A stretch of DNA of 64,000 bases. Origin: Novakomyces olei. Lineage: Eukaryota. This document shows positions 1-12,834 of this stretch, piece after piece. The stretch spans positions 620,001-684,000 of the forward strand of contig JADEYG010000001.1 in NCBI GenBank assembly GCA_016906335.1, written 5' to 3'. Every line of letters starts with the position of its first letter. Within the stretch, counting starts at the first letter, position 1. A program made the position numbers and the translations under genes. The notes under the pieces are model-generated. The model did no database searches. It was not told the origin of the DNA and saw nothing but the letters and a program-made list of their open reading frames with translations.

Positions 1-117
1 TTGTTTGCAACCAATGATTTTCCCTATGCCGCAAGCTTCTGAGCTTTAAGCCTACTATGCTCTATTTCTAGATACAAAATTCTAGGATATTGAGATCCAA
101 TAATGATAGAACGTAAA

Positions 118-130
118 TTATTATTATTAC

Positions 131-168
<38 letters not shown>
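118..168. repeat. (TTA)n microsatellite
   Basis: About 17 TTA units with one TAC interruption, just upstream of the ATG at 198. Confidence 0.9.
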
Positions 169-170
<2 letters not shown>

Positions 171-197
171 CAGTATCTCACGCTGCTCTAGCATGTC

Positions 198-821
198 ATG
201 GACATTGATCCCAACTCCCTGATAGATCAAGCTCGCCGCGATGATTACAACACATTCGAGTTTATAAATTCTTTATTTCGTCCCGGAGACAGCTTAACTG
301 TCTGCCATGAATCGGCCTCTAGCACCTTGACGTCGCTTGAAATTGCTAGTTCAACGGCTTTACAGCAGCTGGAAACATGTGTGGACGAACTTGCTCGAAT
401 GAGTGGGCCTCGACTCGAGTACGAAGTCGATGTTTTGCAGGCTGAAGCCCAAAATTTATCAAGTTCAGTGGAAAAATTTTCATATGAGCAAAAGCATTCA
501 CGTGTAGCGGAACATGAGGCTTACACTCGTTTAGCAAAATTAGAAACTCAGGCGGCTTTACTCGCACAAACGCAAAAAGTACTACGTGCTGCAAAGGAAT
601 GGCCAACAAGCAATTTTGCTGTTGAACATGTGTCAGACCTTTTACGGGAGGGCAATGCTTCTCAGGCACAAGAGCAATTGAGCCTTTGGCAACAATTACT
701 ACCCGTCTGGAAGGGCACTCCAGAATGGAAGGATAGAGTTCAAGCTTTAGAGGCGGCTCAGAAGAAGCTGGTAGAGCCGGTGAGTGTGAGAAGCAGTGTG
801 GATGGACTAAGATTCAGATGA
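198..821 (+). CDS. Probable conserved oligomeric Golgi complex subunit 7 (fungal Cog7-like), coiled-coil
   Basis: Intronless 207-aa ORF. The N-terminal D.Y...FINSLF segment and the GPRLEYEVDVLQAEA segment resemble the short fungal Cog7 family. Confidence 0.55.
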   Translation: MDIDPNSLIDQARRDDYNTFEFINSLFRPGDSLTVCHESASSTLTSLEIASSTALQQLETCVDELARMSGPRLEYEVDVLQAEAQNLSSSVEKFSYEQKHSRVAEHEAYTRLAKLETQAALLAQTQKVLRAAKEWPTSNFAVEHVSDLLREGNASQAQEQLSLWQQLLPVWKGTPEWKDRVQALEAAQKKLVEPVSVRSSVDGLRFR

Positions 822-929
822 GAAAGAGTATTTGCATTCATAATCTAAATCATTGCATTTTATTCTATTCATTAATGCTCGTTTTGTATTTATTATCCAG
901 CTTCATGAGCAATTCTAGCTAAATATTTC

Positions 930-2725
930 TCACTTGAAGGCGGCAAGGCACTCTTCGGCTGTCTTTCCGGGATTGTCAAACTGCCATCGCAAAACAGCGT
1001 CCAGCGCTTCTTTCATGGCCGGTCCCGGCTGGGCAATTCCTTCTTTCCGAAGCGTATTACCATCTAGAAGCGGTTTTACAGCGTACGCTTCCTGCAGATT
1101 TTCGTGTTTAACCATTTCTGCAAACGCAAAGTATCGCGAAACAATCGAATCGTCTATTCTGTCAAGAGATTGTGCAGTGTGCTCGAGCAATAATTGTGAG
1201 AGTAATACCACAGGCCAGCACGGACCGCAATGCCGAATTGTGAACGCTGAATTTAGCAAAATTGCAAACAGATTATCGGTGATGCAATGACACAATCACA
1301 CAAATGTGTCATAACTTTGTGATTTAAATTTATTTTTCCGATTACATATTTATATCTATTTTGACTTACCCAGTTTTGATCTCGGTGTCGTGTCCTCCAA
1401 CAAAGACTTTGGCAGGTACGTGCATATTTTTTGCAAACTTTCCAATAAAGAGGCATTGAGTTTCAAGCCCTGGCGAACAACCACAGCGGGAAGATAATAT
1501 TCGTGCTTACCCACCCGGCCAGTCTCGCTTGCCCAGGGAAGCAATGCAACATTTAGCCAATACAAATGATCTGTATTTATAAAACTGTCTTGTAGTCGGC
1601 TAGCCAGCTGATTAGCCAATCGCAAAAGGCGAGCGTAGCCGGCCTTTTCTGTCTCTGGGGTATCAAAGATAGTGCTGATGAGGTCCAGTTCATTCAACAA
1701 GGACAGACTTGCAAAGGCAGTTTTACAGAGCATTTTATCAACCTCAATGCCAATTCGTTCCCGGCTTATTTTCGTACGCAGAGCGGCTTTTATCGTACCA
1801 TCTCGCATAGCCTCGGCCGTTGCATCGTCCAGTGCGAATCCATATCGCGTGGCAAATCTGATCAGTCGTAAAACGCGTAAAGGATCATCGCGAAATGTTT
1901 GAAGAGGCGCTAACGGTGTACGTATTATACCGCGTTCCAAGTCGGAAAGGCCTCGACCTGTAAAATCTTCAATAGAGTCTGTTGCTAGGTTGTAGAAAAG
2001 TGCATTGATAGTGGCATCACGTCGCAACGCGTCCTCTTCCGCGGTGCCGAATGTCTTTATAAGCGTATTAGTCTTTATTAGAACCGAAACGGTGAAAGAA
2101 AATTGAAATAAAAATAAAGCAAATGCTAATCACGAATCACGACGTAGAGAAAAAAAATGAAGCGTAAAATACCATTTGTGGGATACGGCTGTCGTCGGTA
2201 TACGTCTCGCACCGCAGATTGACAAAATCGAGGTCTAACCCAAATAGCCTCGTCGTGGCAGTTTCTAAATGCTTTGATTTCTCTGGATTTGATTCAATCC
2301 TACCGATTGAGGTAATCCCGGGATCGTTACGAAGACTTTTCAAATTTTGTACAGCAAATTCATGAAGACGGCAGGCAAAATCGTACCCGCTCATGGAATC
2401 GACTGCGACGTCCACGTCATGGCTGTTCAGGCCAAGCAGCTAAAAGTCAATATTAAGTCTATTCATTCTCCATAGATTTTCAAGATGGAAACCATTTCGT
2501 ACGCGTGGAATTTGGGTTCCACTGTTGTTGGATCTTTTCTCGTGAGCTATTTATTACCTTATCGCGGACCCATCCTCCAGCGAATCGGACAACCGTTTTG
2601 TTGCCATGTACCCAATTCGCTGTAGCCAAACATAATCGCTTCAGCTCTTGTTCCGATTCGTTGAGCTCAATACGTCCAAGAAACGGCGTTCGTACCGTTG
2701 CCATTGCCCGTATGGCTCGTTTCAT
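930..2725 (-). CDS. CCA1: tRNA nucleotidyltransferase (CCA-adding enzyme), 4 exons: 2725-2558, 2439-2173, 2054-1370, 1246-930
   Basis: Motifs AGGWVRDKLLG..SHDVDVAVD, NPEKSKHLETAT, DFVNLRCETY, EEDALRRDATINALFYN, DDPLRVLRLIRF and KISRERIG; GT-AG introns keep the frame. Confidence 0.95.
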
Positions 2726-2993
2726 TCAGACGAATGCCTGCATTTGACTAGAGAAGCTTGACTTTTTGCCGATACGAACAATTAATTATTTAATTATTTA
2801 ATTAATTAATTAATTAATTAATCAATTAGTTTGTTATTTATTTATTATTTAGATTGATTGGACTTTAATAGAGTAGCTTTATTTAACGCGCAGTAAATTC
2901 GATGCTGCTATACAAAATCTGCTATATAATCGCCGTGGTCAAAGTATTTATTATAAAATCTAATAAATTATTACACAGCTACAGTATGGCAGA

Positions 2994-4599
2994 ATGGCCT
3001 TGAAACTGGTCGTGGGTCCGTTGGTGGCGGCAATTTTGTGCGCAGCAGTCTTTTTATGGTTCCGTCATACTATTATCAACCGTGCGGCGATCAAACGGTC
3101 TTCTATTGGTCGCGGCAGTCTACTCGTTTTTGGATTCTTTCATCCCTACTGCAACGCTGGTGGTGGTGGTGAACGCGTATTATGGACGTGTGTAAGGGCA
3201 ATACTCGAAGAATATGAGGCTGCCTATTGTGTTGTATATAGTGGTGATACCGAGGCATCTCCACAAGAAATTCTTGATCGTGCAAAGGTGAGATAAATAT
3301 GCTTTACTGCTACCTTCTAGTGGCTCTTGCGTTTTACGTTTCAATAGCTTGTGGCTTTTTTTCTTTTTTTTTTTTTTTTCTTTTTTTTGTTGAGAAAAAA
3401 CATATTAATTTCAAGGCCTGTTTTGGTATCGAATTGGACCCTCGACGTGTAAGTATCGAGTTTCTGTATCGTCGTCGCTTCGTCGCCCCGGAAACTTGGC
3501 CACGTTTCACTCTTATCGGTCAATCCTTGGGTGCTGTACCTTTGGTCATTGAGGCCCTGTATGCCTTTGCACCTGATATCTTTGTTGGTGAGTTTTTAGT
3601 ATTTAATTGTTTTTAGTGTTTAATTATTTAAGGATTGGTTTCTTTCCTAAACTTTTTCTGTTCAATATTTTGTTCGCAGCTTTTATTCATCATGGACGAA
3701 AGCTAACACAATCCCCAGATACAATGGGATATGCCTTTTCTTATCCGATAGTAGCAATGCTGCGTATACCCATAATTGCTTATGTGCATTACCCCACAAT
3801 CTCAACCGACATGTTGAGCCGCGTGAGTCCGTATAATGTTGCAAAACAGGTATACTGGCGCATTTACGCGATTATTTATGGTTACTGTGGCCGTTGTGCC
3901 GACATTGTCCTGTCCAACTCGACCTGGACAAGCCGACATTTAAGGAATTTATGGAAGGAAAATACGATACTCTACCCGCCCTGTGATACACGTGCCCTTC
4001 AATCTCTGCCTTTAATAAACAGGGAGCCCATTATCGTAATGGTCTCTCAGTTTCGCCCGGAAAAAAACCATAAATGTGCCATTCTGGCAATGGCCCGAGT
4101 GGTTCGTGAGCTGCCTCAGGCACAAATGCGTCTTATTGGAACGGTAAGAGGAGAGGCAGATCGTCAGCGCGTAAGTGAACTGGAAACATTGGTTCGAGAC
4201 TTGAAACTGCAGGACAATATAAGCCTGTTAACAGATGTGCCCTGGCCTGATGTAGTAAAGTGGTACGGTCGTGCTTCAGTCGGGGCCAATGCTATGCGAG
4301 ACGAGCATTTTGGGATTGGTGTTGTAGAGTACCAGGCTGCTGGGCTTATCGCAGTAGTGCACGATAGTGCTGGACCTAAACTTGATATTGTAGTTCCTTT
4401 TGAAGGGGAGCCCACAGGATTCCATGCTGCTTCCGAGCAAGAGTTTGCAGACAAATTCGTAAAGGCTTTAAATTACAGTGGAATTGATATACGAGAAAGA
4501 GCGAGGAAGAATGCTCAGCGGTTTGCAGAGGACGAGTTTGAACGGCAATGGTTGCAGCACGTCGGCCAGGCTATCGCAATAAAGGGCGAGAGGATTTGA
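2994..4599 (+). CDS. ALG11: GDP-Man:Man3GlcNAc2-PP-Dol alpha-1,2-mannosyltransferase, 3 exons (introns approx. 3288-3415 and 3588-3718)
   Basis: [82 protein letters not shown]. Confidence 0.95.
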
Positions 4600-5007
4600 G
4601 TGGAGGATATATCTAGAGTCATAGAGGCATTTAATGTTACAAATGGACCTGCCCACCCTTGATCTGCAGATATATAACAAATTATTTGGCGTCATTAGTT
4701 TATGTATCCGCAATCTTTTATCGCTCGGCTCTGAACGGCTTTATTCCAAAGGCCAATACGCCAACAGATTGCCAAGGATAAGAGCTTTGATGGGATGGCA
4801 AAGCTGTCAAGATCTGCCGTGAACAGTCACGGGCCCCGTGACATTATTCTGTTCTCTAGGATTACTTGACATATATGTATCTTGCAACGGTTAATTTCAG
4901 GTGAGTTTCTTATATAGGTTTAAAAATAGAACGCTTAATACGCCAATTCAGCTCGTGATCAATATACGTAATTGTTGATCGGGATTCGGTTGTGGAGTGT
5001 TGGAGGC

Positions 5008-8000
5008 ATGAGGCTTTTAACAGGGTCGCGGCTGATGGCCCGTGGACCGGGTTTTCTTCATGCCTGGCAGTATCTGCTACCTTTTGTTTTCTTGTTATTT
5101 TTTTCCCGCTCGGTATCGGCGCAGGACGAACGCTCGCCGATCGTAACAAGCACTACCTTTGATTATCTGCCTTCAAATTACTTTTACTTTGAAGACAGTC
5201 CTGTACGGGTTTAAAATTTGAGCGCACTTTGGCTGATTGCAGGTTATTATTTATCACGATGGACTCGATTTGAACGTGTATCGAAGCGATGACGATGGTA
5301 AAACTTGGTCTCTTGTAAAAGAGCTGGCCGGTAATACCGACCAAGTTGTACAGCATCCATACGACAACCAGCAGGTAAACTTTATTTGATTTTTGCTGTT
5401 GAAAATAAAAATAAATCCAAATGGGAAAAAAAAAGAGGAAATCAAAGGGAATTAAATCGATCAGCTCCAAAGGCAGAAGGAGACCTTATACTTTTATCTT
5501 CCATCTTGATTACCATCTGGACTAAAATTCTGCCTACAATTCTGTCTATATACTTTTTGTTTCTATGTGTTTCATACGATTCCCTTCCTTTCACCCCTTT
5601 GAAATACATCAGCCACCTTTCCAAATCATTTCTAATAAAAGGCTTTCCTCCTCGGAAGCGGTACAACGCATTACCGCACATCGAATCAAGGCAAGTCATG
5701 GCACAAGTTTGAGACGGAATTCCCGCACGCTCTTGTCGGCCCGTCCATGTCCTTTAGTGCAGCAAAATCGGATTACGCACTATTCTTTGGGCTTGACTGT
5801 GAAGTCAAACTGGGGTGGTTCGGGTACGCTTGCAAGCGGCACGCTTACTACACGAAAAACGGCTTTGATAGCATTCACAGTCTGCAGCAGGACGTTCAGC
5901 AGTGCATTTTTGCTCGTTCTTCCCCACAGTTTACGGCTACTGACAAGCACCAAATCTTTTGTATCGAGACTGATACGGATATGGGAGCAAGTGTCCCCGA
6001 CAGTAATCGGCTTGTGACCTCTGATGATTGGTTCAAAACAGACCCCGTTGAAGTCCCTCTGTTGCCCGGACAACGAGTGCGTGGAGTTATTGGAATTGGG
6101 GCAGTACAAACACTGCTCGTTGTCGGTGTTCGGGCGCCGTCAACTGACGAAATGTCGCTCTATGTGAGCAGCACTGGCGATTCATGGCAGGCTGCTCAGT
6201 TCCCGGAGGATCATGGAGGTGTAAAGCAGGATGCTTATACAATTTTGGAGTCAACTCCCTATAGTCTGAAGCTCGATGCTTTATCCCATCCTTCTTACCT
6301 GAACCCGATGGGTACGATTCTCGTTTCCGACACGAATGGAACGCGGTTTACGCGATCACTGGAGCATACTAATCGCAATGGCCGAGGGGTCGTTGATTAC
6401 GAAAATGTGGCAAACGTACAGGGCATTGCTCTGGCTAATGTTGTGGAGAATTGGAAGGAAATAGAAGGTTCAAACAGGCTGGCAGCCAAACGTGTTCAGT
6501 CCCGAATCTCCTTCGACGACGGTCGGTCCTGGCGCCCTTTAACTGCTCCAGCCGATTCTGATTGTGCTGACGATATTATTGATGATAAAAACAGCAAAAC
6601 TAATACTAATATCAATAACGCAACTGAGTGCAATCTGCATCTTCACTCGCTTACGGAGCAGCACAACACGGGCCGGATATACTCGTCAACTGCTCCCGGA
6701 ATCCTGATTGGAGTCGGTTCAGTGGGCAGTCATCTGTTACCCTACGATGAGAGCAATGTGTATACTTCTGAGGACGGAGGGCTGACCTGGCGGCTCGCCC
6801 TGGTTGGGCCAGCCAAATATGAGATTGGAGATCAAGGCAGTGTAATTGTCGCCATTGCCGATAAATCAGGCGAGGCGACTACTCAAATAAAGTATTCCAC
6901 AACGTTTGGTCGAGAATGGCAGTCCCTTACTCTGGACCAGGCGATCGTGCCGAAAACCCTGGTTACAGTCCCAGACTCAACGACGTTAAAGTTTACACTA
7001 GTAGGGATGGCGGATTCGGATTCGTCTGCCCTTGTTTACTATCTCGATTTCTCCCCCGTCTATAGCCAAAAGTGTAAGCTTGATCCCAAAGACGGAGAAA
7101 AAGGCGGAGGCGGAGGCGATTTCGAGAAATGGTACGCTCATGTCGATAGCAAAGGAGAGCCCGCGTGCCTTTTAGGCCACAAGCAGTATTTTTGGAGGAA
7201 ACGAGGGGACCGTGACTGTTTTGTTGGGGAAGACTACCACGAAATTGGCTCTAACTTTGAGCATTGTGAGTGTGGAGACGCTGATTTCGAGTGTGATTAT
7301 GGCTTTGCCAGGCAGGAATCTACGGGCGAGTGCCTTCCAGTCGGCAATTCTAATGCTCTGCCAGGCAAACAGGAGCAGTGTCGCTCAGAGGACGACACCT
7401 ATATGGCTCCCAGTGGCTACCGCCTTATTCCCGGGGACACATGTATCCGGCAAAAAAGCGAACGACAAAAAGACGACCCCGTGGAGGCCAGCTGCCGTGG
7501 CCGGGTGCCTGATCCCGAGAGGCCCCGTAACATTACTGTACAGTTTGACACTATTCCCGGGGAGATTAGACAGTTTTACTACTTGGAGCGCTCGGAAACG
7601 TCAGCGGGCGATGACGAGACTATTGTCGTGCGAACAGAAGCCGGAGCCATTTATGTGAGCTATGATAATGGCGGTAAATGGGTGCGGCAGCTGCAGGACA
7701 GTGTCATTACCTCTGTCTACAGGCACGATTACTTTTATGATTACATGTACTTTTTTACAGACTCGCAAAAGGCATTTTATACACGGGACAGGGCCCGTAC
7801 TATTGTGCCACTGGCGGAGGAGCTGCCAGGCCGGCCAAACTCGCTTGGGCTCAGCTACCTCAGCTTCCACCCGGACCACCCAGACTGGCTCATCTTCACT
7901 TCCAGTCGCGGCTGTACGGATCCCTTTGCAGACGACTGCCATGCAAATGCTCACTATACGCTCGACGGCGGAGAGACGTGGGACGATTTGGCTTCGCATG

Positions 8001-10015
8001 TAATGCAGTGTGCTTGGGTAAAGAACAAGAAACTGCGGTGTGAAGACGAGCTGATCCTGTGTGAAGTGAGGCAAAAGGACAGAGTGGCCTTAGATGGTCA
8101 GCGTAGTGCACAGACAACGTCTCTGTCTGGTACTGCTCTTGTTTCGAGCAGCGATTTCTTTGATACAGAAACAAGTGTGTTTGATTCGATTGTTGGGTTT
8201 GCCATCTTTGAAGAGTTTATTATTGTTGCCACTACAGCTACAAACAAAGACAAAGACAACAAAGGCAAAGACAAAGACGACAATGGCAGCAAACAGCCTT
8301 CTGAATCATTGGCGCTCTCAGTCTCCGTCAACGGCCGAGACTTTGCCCACGGCCATTTCCCTCCGTTCTTTGATGTGCACCCTCAGCAGGCGTACACTGT
8401 CCTCGACTCTGTAACTGCTGCAGTCTTTCTCCACGTAACGACAAACGCGGCAGAGGGTAACGAGTGGGGTTCACTGCTCAAATCCAACTCGAACGGTACC
8501 TACTATGTACGGTCAATTGACTATGTGAACCGCAACGCTGCCGGGTTTGTTGATTTCGAAAAGCTGCCTGGACTGGAGGGTGTTGCTGTACTAAACACGG
8601 TAGAAAACGCTAAAGAAATTGAGCGCTCTTCCAGCTTTGTGAGGAAACGGTTAAAGACCATGATAACCCATGACGACGGAGCACAGTGGAGTTTTCTTAC
8701 TCCGCCGACTAAAAAGGCGGCCATTTCCCGGACTTGCTCCCCCAAGAACCTGGCAAAATGCTCCCTCAACCTGCACGGGTACACGGAGCGTCGGGATTTC
8801 CGAGACTCGTTGGCCTCCGGTTCCGCTGTCAGCCTTATGCTCGGCGTCGGGAACGTGGGCGCCTACTTGGACACGTACGATAAGGGCAACCTTTACGTGA
8901 CAAATGACGGAGGCGTTACGTGGCGTGAAGTGGCACAGGGTCCGCACATGTACGAGTATGGCGATCAGGGTTCGATTATGATTGCCGTGCCGGATCTGCA
9001 GGCTACAAATTATGTAATATACTCGAGGGACTATGGTGTCACTTGGCAAAAGTACGTATTTTCCGATGGCGAATCATTCATTGTCCACGATGTGGTTACT
9101 GTCCCGTCTGACACGAGCCGAAAATTTATTTTATTTGCCAAAAAAAGCGATGAGGAGGGAGTCAAATCTGATTTACAAACAATTCAGATTGATTTCACTC
9201 CGCTATCAACTCGTCAATGTATCCTTGACTTGGATTCTCCAGACAAGGACGATTTCGAGCTGTGGAACCCTCAGCACCCCAACGGTATCGGCCGCTGTCT
9301 CTTTGGCCACGAGGCGGAATACGTGAGGAAAAAGGTGGACGCAGACTGCTTTGTCGGTCGAAAGCTGCCCCAGCCTTCAAGGATACTTGCAAACTGCCCT
9401 TGTTCCCGGGCGGATTACGAGTGCGATTACAACTATGAAAGGGCGGCCGATGGAAGTTGCCAACTGATCCCAGGACTACCGGCTCCTGACCACAAGGCTG
9501 TGTGTGAGCAGCCCGGAGTTTACGAATACTTTGAGCCGACCGGGTACAGAAGGATTGCAATGACGACTTGCCAGGGCGGCAAGGAGTTTGACAAGACTTT
9601 TCCTCTGCCTTGTCCCGGCAAGGGAGACGAGTTCAATAAGCGTAGACGTGGACTACACGGCTTTGGCCTGTTTGCTGTTATCGTCCTGCCCTGTGCGTTT
9701 ACCGCCGTCCTGAGTTATGCCGTTTACCAGCGCACTAAAGGGTTAGGGTTAGGGCAAATTCGGCTGGGCGATCAGTCGCTGGAGACGCATGCCATTTTCG
9801 GCAGACCCGCTATTGCCTTTGATTCGCTCGCAGTTGCACTTGCACACGTCCCTGCATTTTTTACGCGTCTGTATAGACGCGTCCGTGACGCGTTCCCCTC
9901 CACACCGCGTTACACTTCACGTGAGTCGTTTGCGTCTGCACGGTACTCGACACTGGATAACATTGACGACGCTGAATTGCTGGGCGAAGTTGATTCTGAC
10001 GGGGAGATAGAGTAG
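5008..10015 (+). CDS. VPS10: Vacuolar protein sorting receptor Vps10/Pep1 (signal peptide, two Vps10/sortilin modules, TM, cytosolic tail); exons approx. 5008-5201, 5243-5373, 5642-10015
   Basis: Repeated Asp-box S.D.G.TW motifs, two SNSNGT/DFE..G.EG blocks, two Cys-rich DFECDY/DYECDY domains, C-terminal TM FAVIVLPCAFTAVLSYAVY. Confidence 0.95.
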
Positions 10016-10180
10016 GAGATTTGTCTTGTTGCATTTCGTAGATACTGTATATAATTGAGTATTATATATTACTAAATTTTGGTGCTCGGCTTTACCATTT
10101 GCAGTTGTATAGCGGATTCGATTCGTGTATTGCTGTTTGCGAGTTGTAATGTTCACACTGCACAGCCGTTTGGGTTTAAT

Positions 10181-10505
10181 TATTGTATTTATTGTATTTA
10201 TTGTATTTATTGTATTTATTGTATTTATTGTATTTATTGTATTTATTGTATTTATTGTATTTATTGTATTTATTGTATTTATTGTATTTATTGTATTTAT
10301 TGTATTTATTGTATTTATTGTATTTATTGTATTTATTGTATTTATTGTATTTATTGTATTTATTGTATTTATTGTATTTATTGTATTTATTGTATTTATT
10401 GTATTTATTGTATTTATTGTATTTATTGTATTTATTGTATTTATTGTATTTATTGTATTTATTGTATTTATTGTATTTATTGTATTTATTGTATTTATTG
10501 TATTT
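10181..10505. repeat. Perfect 9-bp tandem array (TATTGTATT)n, about 36 copies
   Basis: Seen directly; it produces the YLL/IVF/YCI pseudo-ORFs in the ORF track. Confidence 0.97.
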
Positions 10506-10507
10506 AA

Positions 10508-11565
10508 TTTTTGGCCATAATAATATCGACAGGGTTTTCTACGACTTAACATACTGTAATTACTATATGTTGATCGGCCAACATCGCGGCGAAAAAAGGC
10601 TAGAATTAATAGCTAGGTCACGTGGGATAAATGTCACATGAATATCTATTTTTTGAGCGATATGGAATATCAGGATCATAGAACATTGAGGCTATTGCTA
10701 TTATGAGGCCTTCTTGGATAGCAGTGAAAAGGAGCTCAAGTCCCGATTTGGAGAACGATGAGGACAAATCACTGTTTCCACCAGACTATCAATCGCACGG
10801 CTTTGAGGAAGGTACGAGTGCATTTATTGATGCTTACTAACACTCAAAGGTTGCATAGTGGCAGAGCCAGAAACCAGGGACCACGAACGCACACGGCCGC
10901 GTAAGCATCTGTCCTTAATTCTTCAGACTATTACTAACTTCTCAGGAGGCTTAGGTCTCAAGGTCATACTCCCGATACTTGTTACCTCTTTTGTTTTGCT
11001 TTTGTCGGACTTGGGTCTGGGAGCATTATACAGGGAAAATGTATTGTTGATATCCATTCGGTGGAGTGTAGCTATATTCTTCTCAGCAATTTTATGTATT
11101 GTGCTTCGTGAACGAATACCCCTATCGAGGATCCTCCAAGCGGTTGGGGCTTCTGCGTTTGGAGGGCTGGCGGTGGGGGCGATCGCGTCGTACATGGGAC
11201 GCAGCCAGTATTTGGATTTGGGGGGATCATTCTCGTGCGCTTCAATTTATTTAAATATGTTATATCTTTCGGCGAATGGAAAGCATACGATGGCTTCGTC
11301 GGTTAACAACACTCTTATTGCTATTGCATACAATGGGCTTCTTGACAGTCTAAATTACAATTTAAGTACGTTTTTAATCGCTCTTATTGCTATTGCGAAC
11401 AATGGTATAATCGCTCTAAAGGCCTATTGTGGATACCGACTTGCACGAGAAGCAGAAATTGATGCGCGTATTAGCCAGGGTCTATGGATAAGCAATGCTA
11501 TTGAGACTATAATCTCTCCTTCGGGCGCGGGAGAGTCTCAAGAGTTGCCAGAAATAAGATCAGGA
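10508..11565 (+). repeat. Dispersed duplication, copy A (about 1.05 kb; homologous to 15900-16913)
   Basis: Both copies begin TTTTTGGCCATAATAATATCGACAGGG and share sequence through GAAATAAGATCAGGA. Confidence 0.97.
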
Positions 11566-11583
11566 GATAAAATCAATTTCTAA
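10703..11583 (+). CDS. Orphan multi-pass membrane protein, copy A; exon 1 10703-10811, intron 10812-10849, exon 2 10850-11583
   Basis: ATG at 10703 gives MRPSWIAVKRSSSPDLENDEDKSLFPPDYQSHGFEEG. A 38-nt intron (GTACGA...CTAAC...AAG) splices in frame into the 10858 ORF, which has about 5-6 hydrophobic segments. Confidence 0.8.
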
Positions 11584-11757
11584 AGGCTAAACAAAATAAA
11601 TAAATAAATTAATTAATCAATTTAAAACTTGCAGACAAATGTTTGACCAATTCTTTTCGCGAGGGAATGAAATAAAACAAACTATTCATCATGCTCCTCC
11701 CTCCCCGTATGTACAGCTCTAGTAAGGGTATCAATCTCGAGTCCTTTATTGCCACCT

Positions 11758-12799
11758 TTAAGGCAATACTTCGTTGCCGATTGCCTGCATTCGCAGGATG
11801 CCTCCAGTATCATTTGCCGACTCGCTTGTCAAGCCATGTGCCCGGCCCTCGTGGCTCCACACGCTGGAACGTGCAAATAGAGAAGAGCCGCTCTGCTGGA
11901 GCAAATCTTGCTCAAATGCACTGATATCTGCCTCGTCAGCTGGTCCCCCCACCGACTGCTGGGCCTGTTCCTCCAGGGCCTGCTGGAGAAGATCGTTTGC
12001 TATTGGATCACTCGGAGCGAAAGCGAGAGCTCGGTGTAGGGTCTCGATTGCGGCAGGTCTATCGAGCTTCATCCACAGGACCATAGCCAGGGCAGCGAGA
12101 GTATTAGCGTCAGTGGGCACGAGGGCAAGACTGGTATTGAAAGCGGCAATAGCGTTTTCACAGTCCCCCAGTTTACGGTAAACGTGGCCCACGTTTGTCC
12201 AGGTAGAGGCCCACGCTCTTTCATCAGCGTCGTTTAGTCTTACTCGCTCAAGAGCTCTATGGAACAAGGAAATTGCTTGAGTATACTCGTGCTTTTGGAA
12301 GGCAGCTACTCCCATTTCATTGAGCAGCAGTGGGTCAGTCTGGCACGTTTCGTACGCAGCTTCAAGGTAGACTTCAGCCAGTACTATATTCGAAAGCTGC
12401 ATATGCTGCATGCCCAGAAACATGTTGGGCAAGTGCGAACCTGGGAACAAACGGCCTGCTGTAGTGTAAGCAGAAACTGCCTGGTCGTGCTCGCCTTCAA
12501 TCGCAAAAGTATGAGCGAAGCCTATCCACGCCGGCGCAAACCGAGCGTCCATTACGCTGGCTTTGGAGAAGAATCGACGGGCCTCTGCTACTTTGTTTTG
12601 CACTAGATAGTACATCGCAACAGCGAGCCAGGCTACTGGCTCTTCGGGGCTCGTCTCCACTAGATCGTGGCTCAGCACAAAAAGTTCATTGCTTAGATTC
12701 AGCTCGTGCAAGCACGCAAGATGAATAGGCATTATGCTGAATTTGTACCTGTCACGAGAGAGAATCCTGTACCGTTAGATTGTGGTAGATGAATATAAA

Positions 12800-12834
<35 letters not shown>

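Noticed and set aside
930-2725. CCA1 as a split CC- or A-adding enzyme as in S. pombe
   Set aside because: The flexible loop (RCETYTDDSRIP) and the DDPLR template motif look intact, so nothing in the sequence supports partial activity
9917-10641. ORFs made of INT/YCI/IVF/YLL repeats
   Set aside because: Translations of the stop-free 9-bp array, not genes
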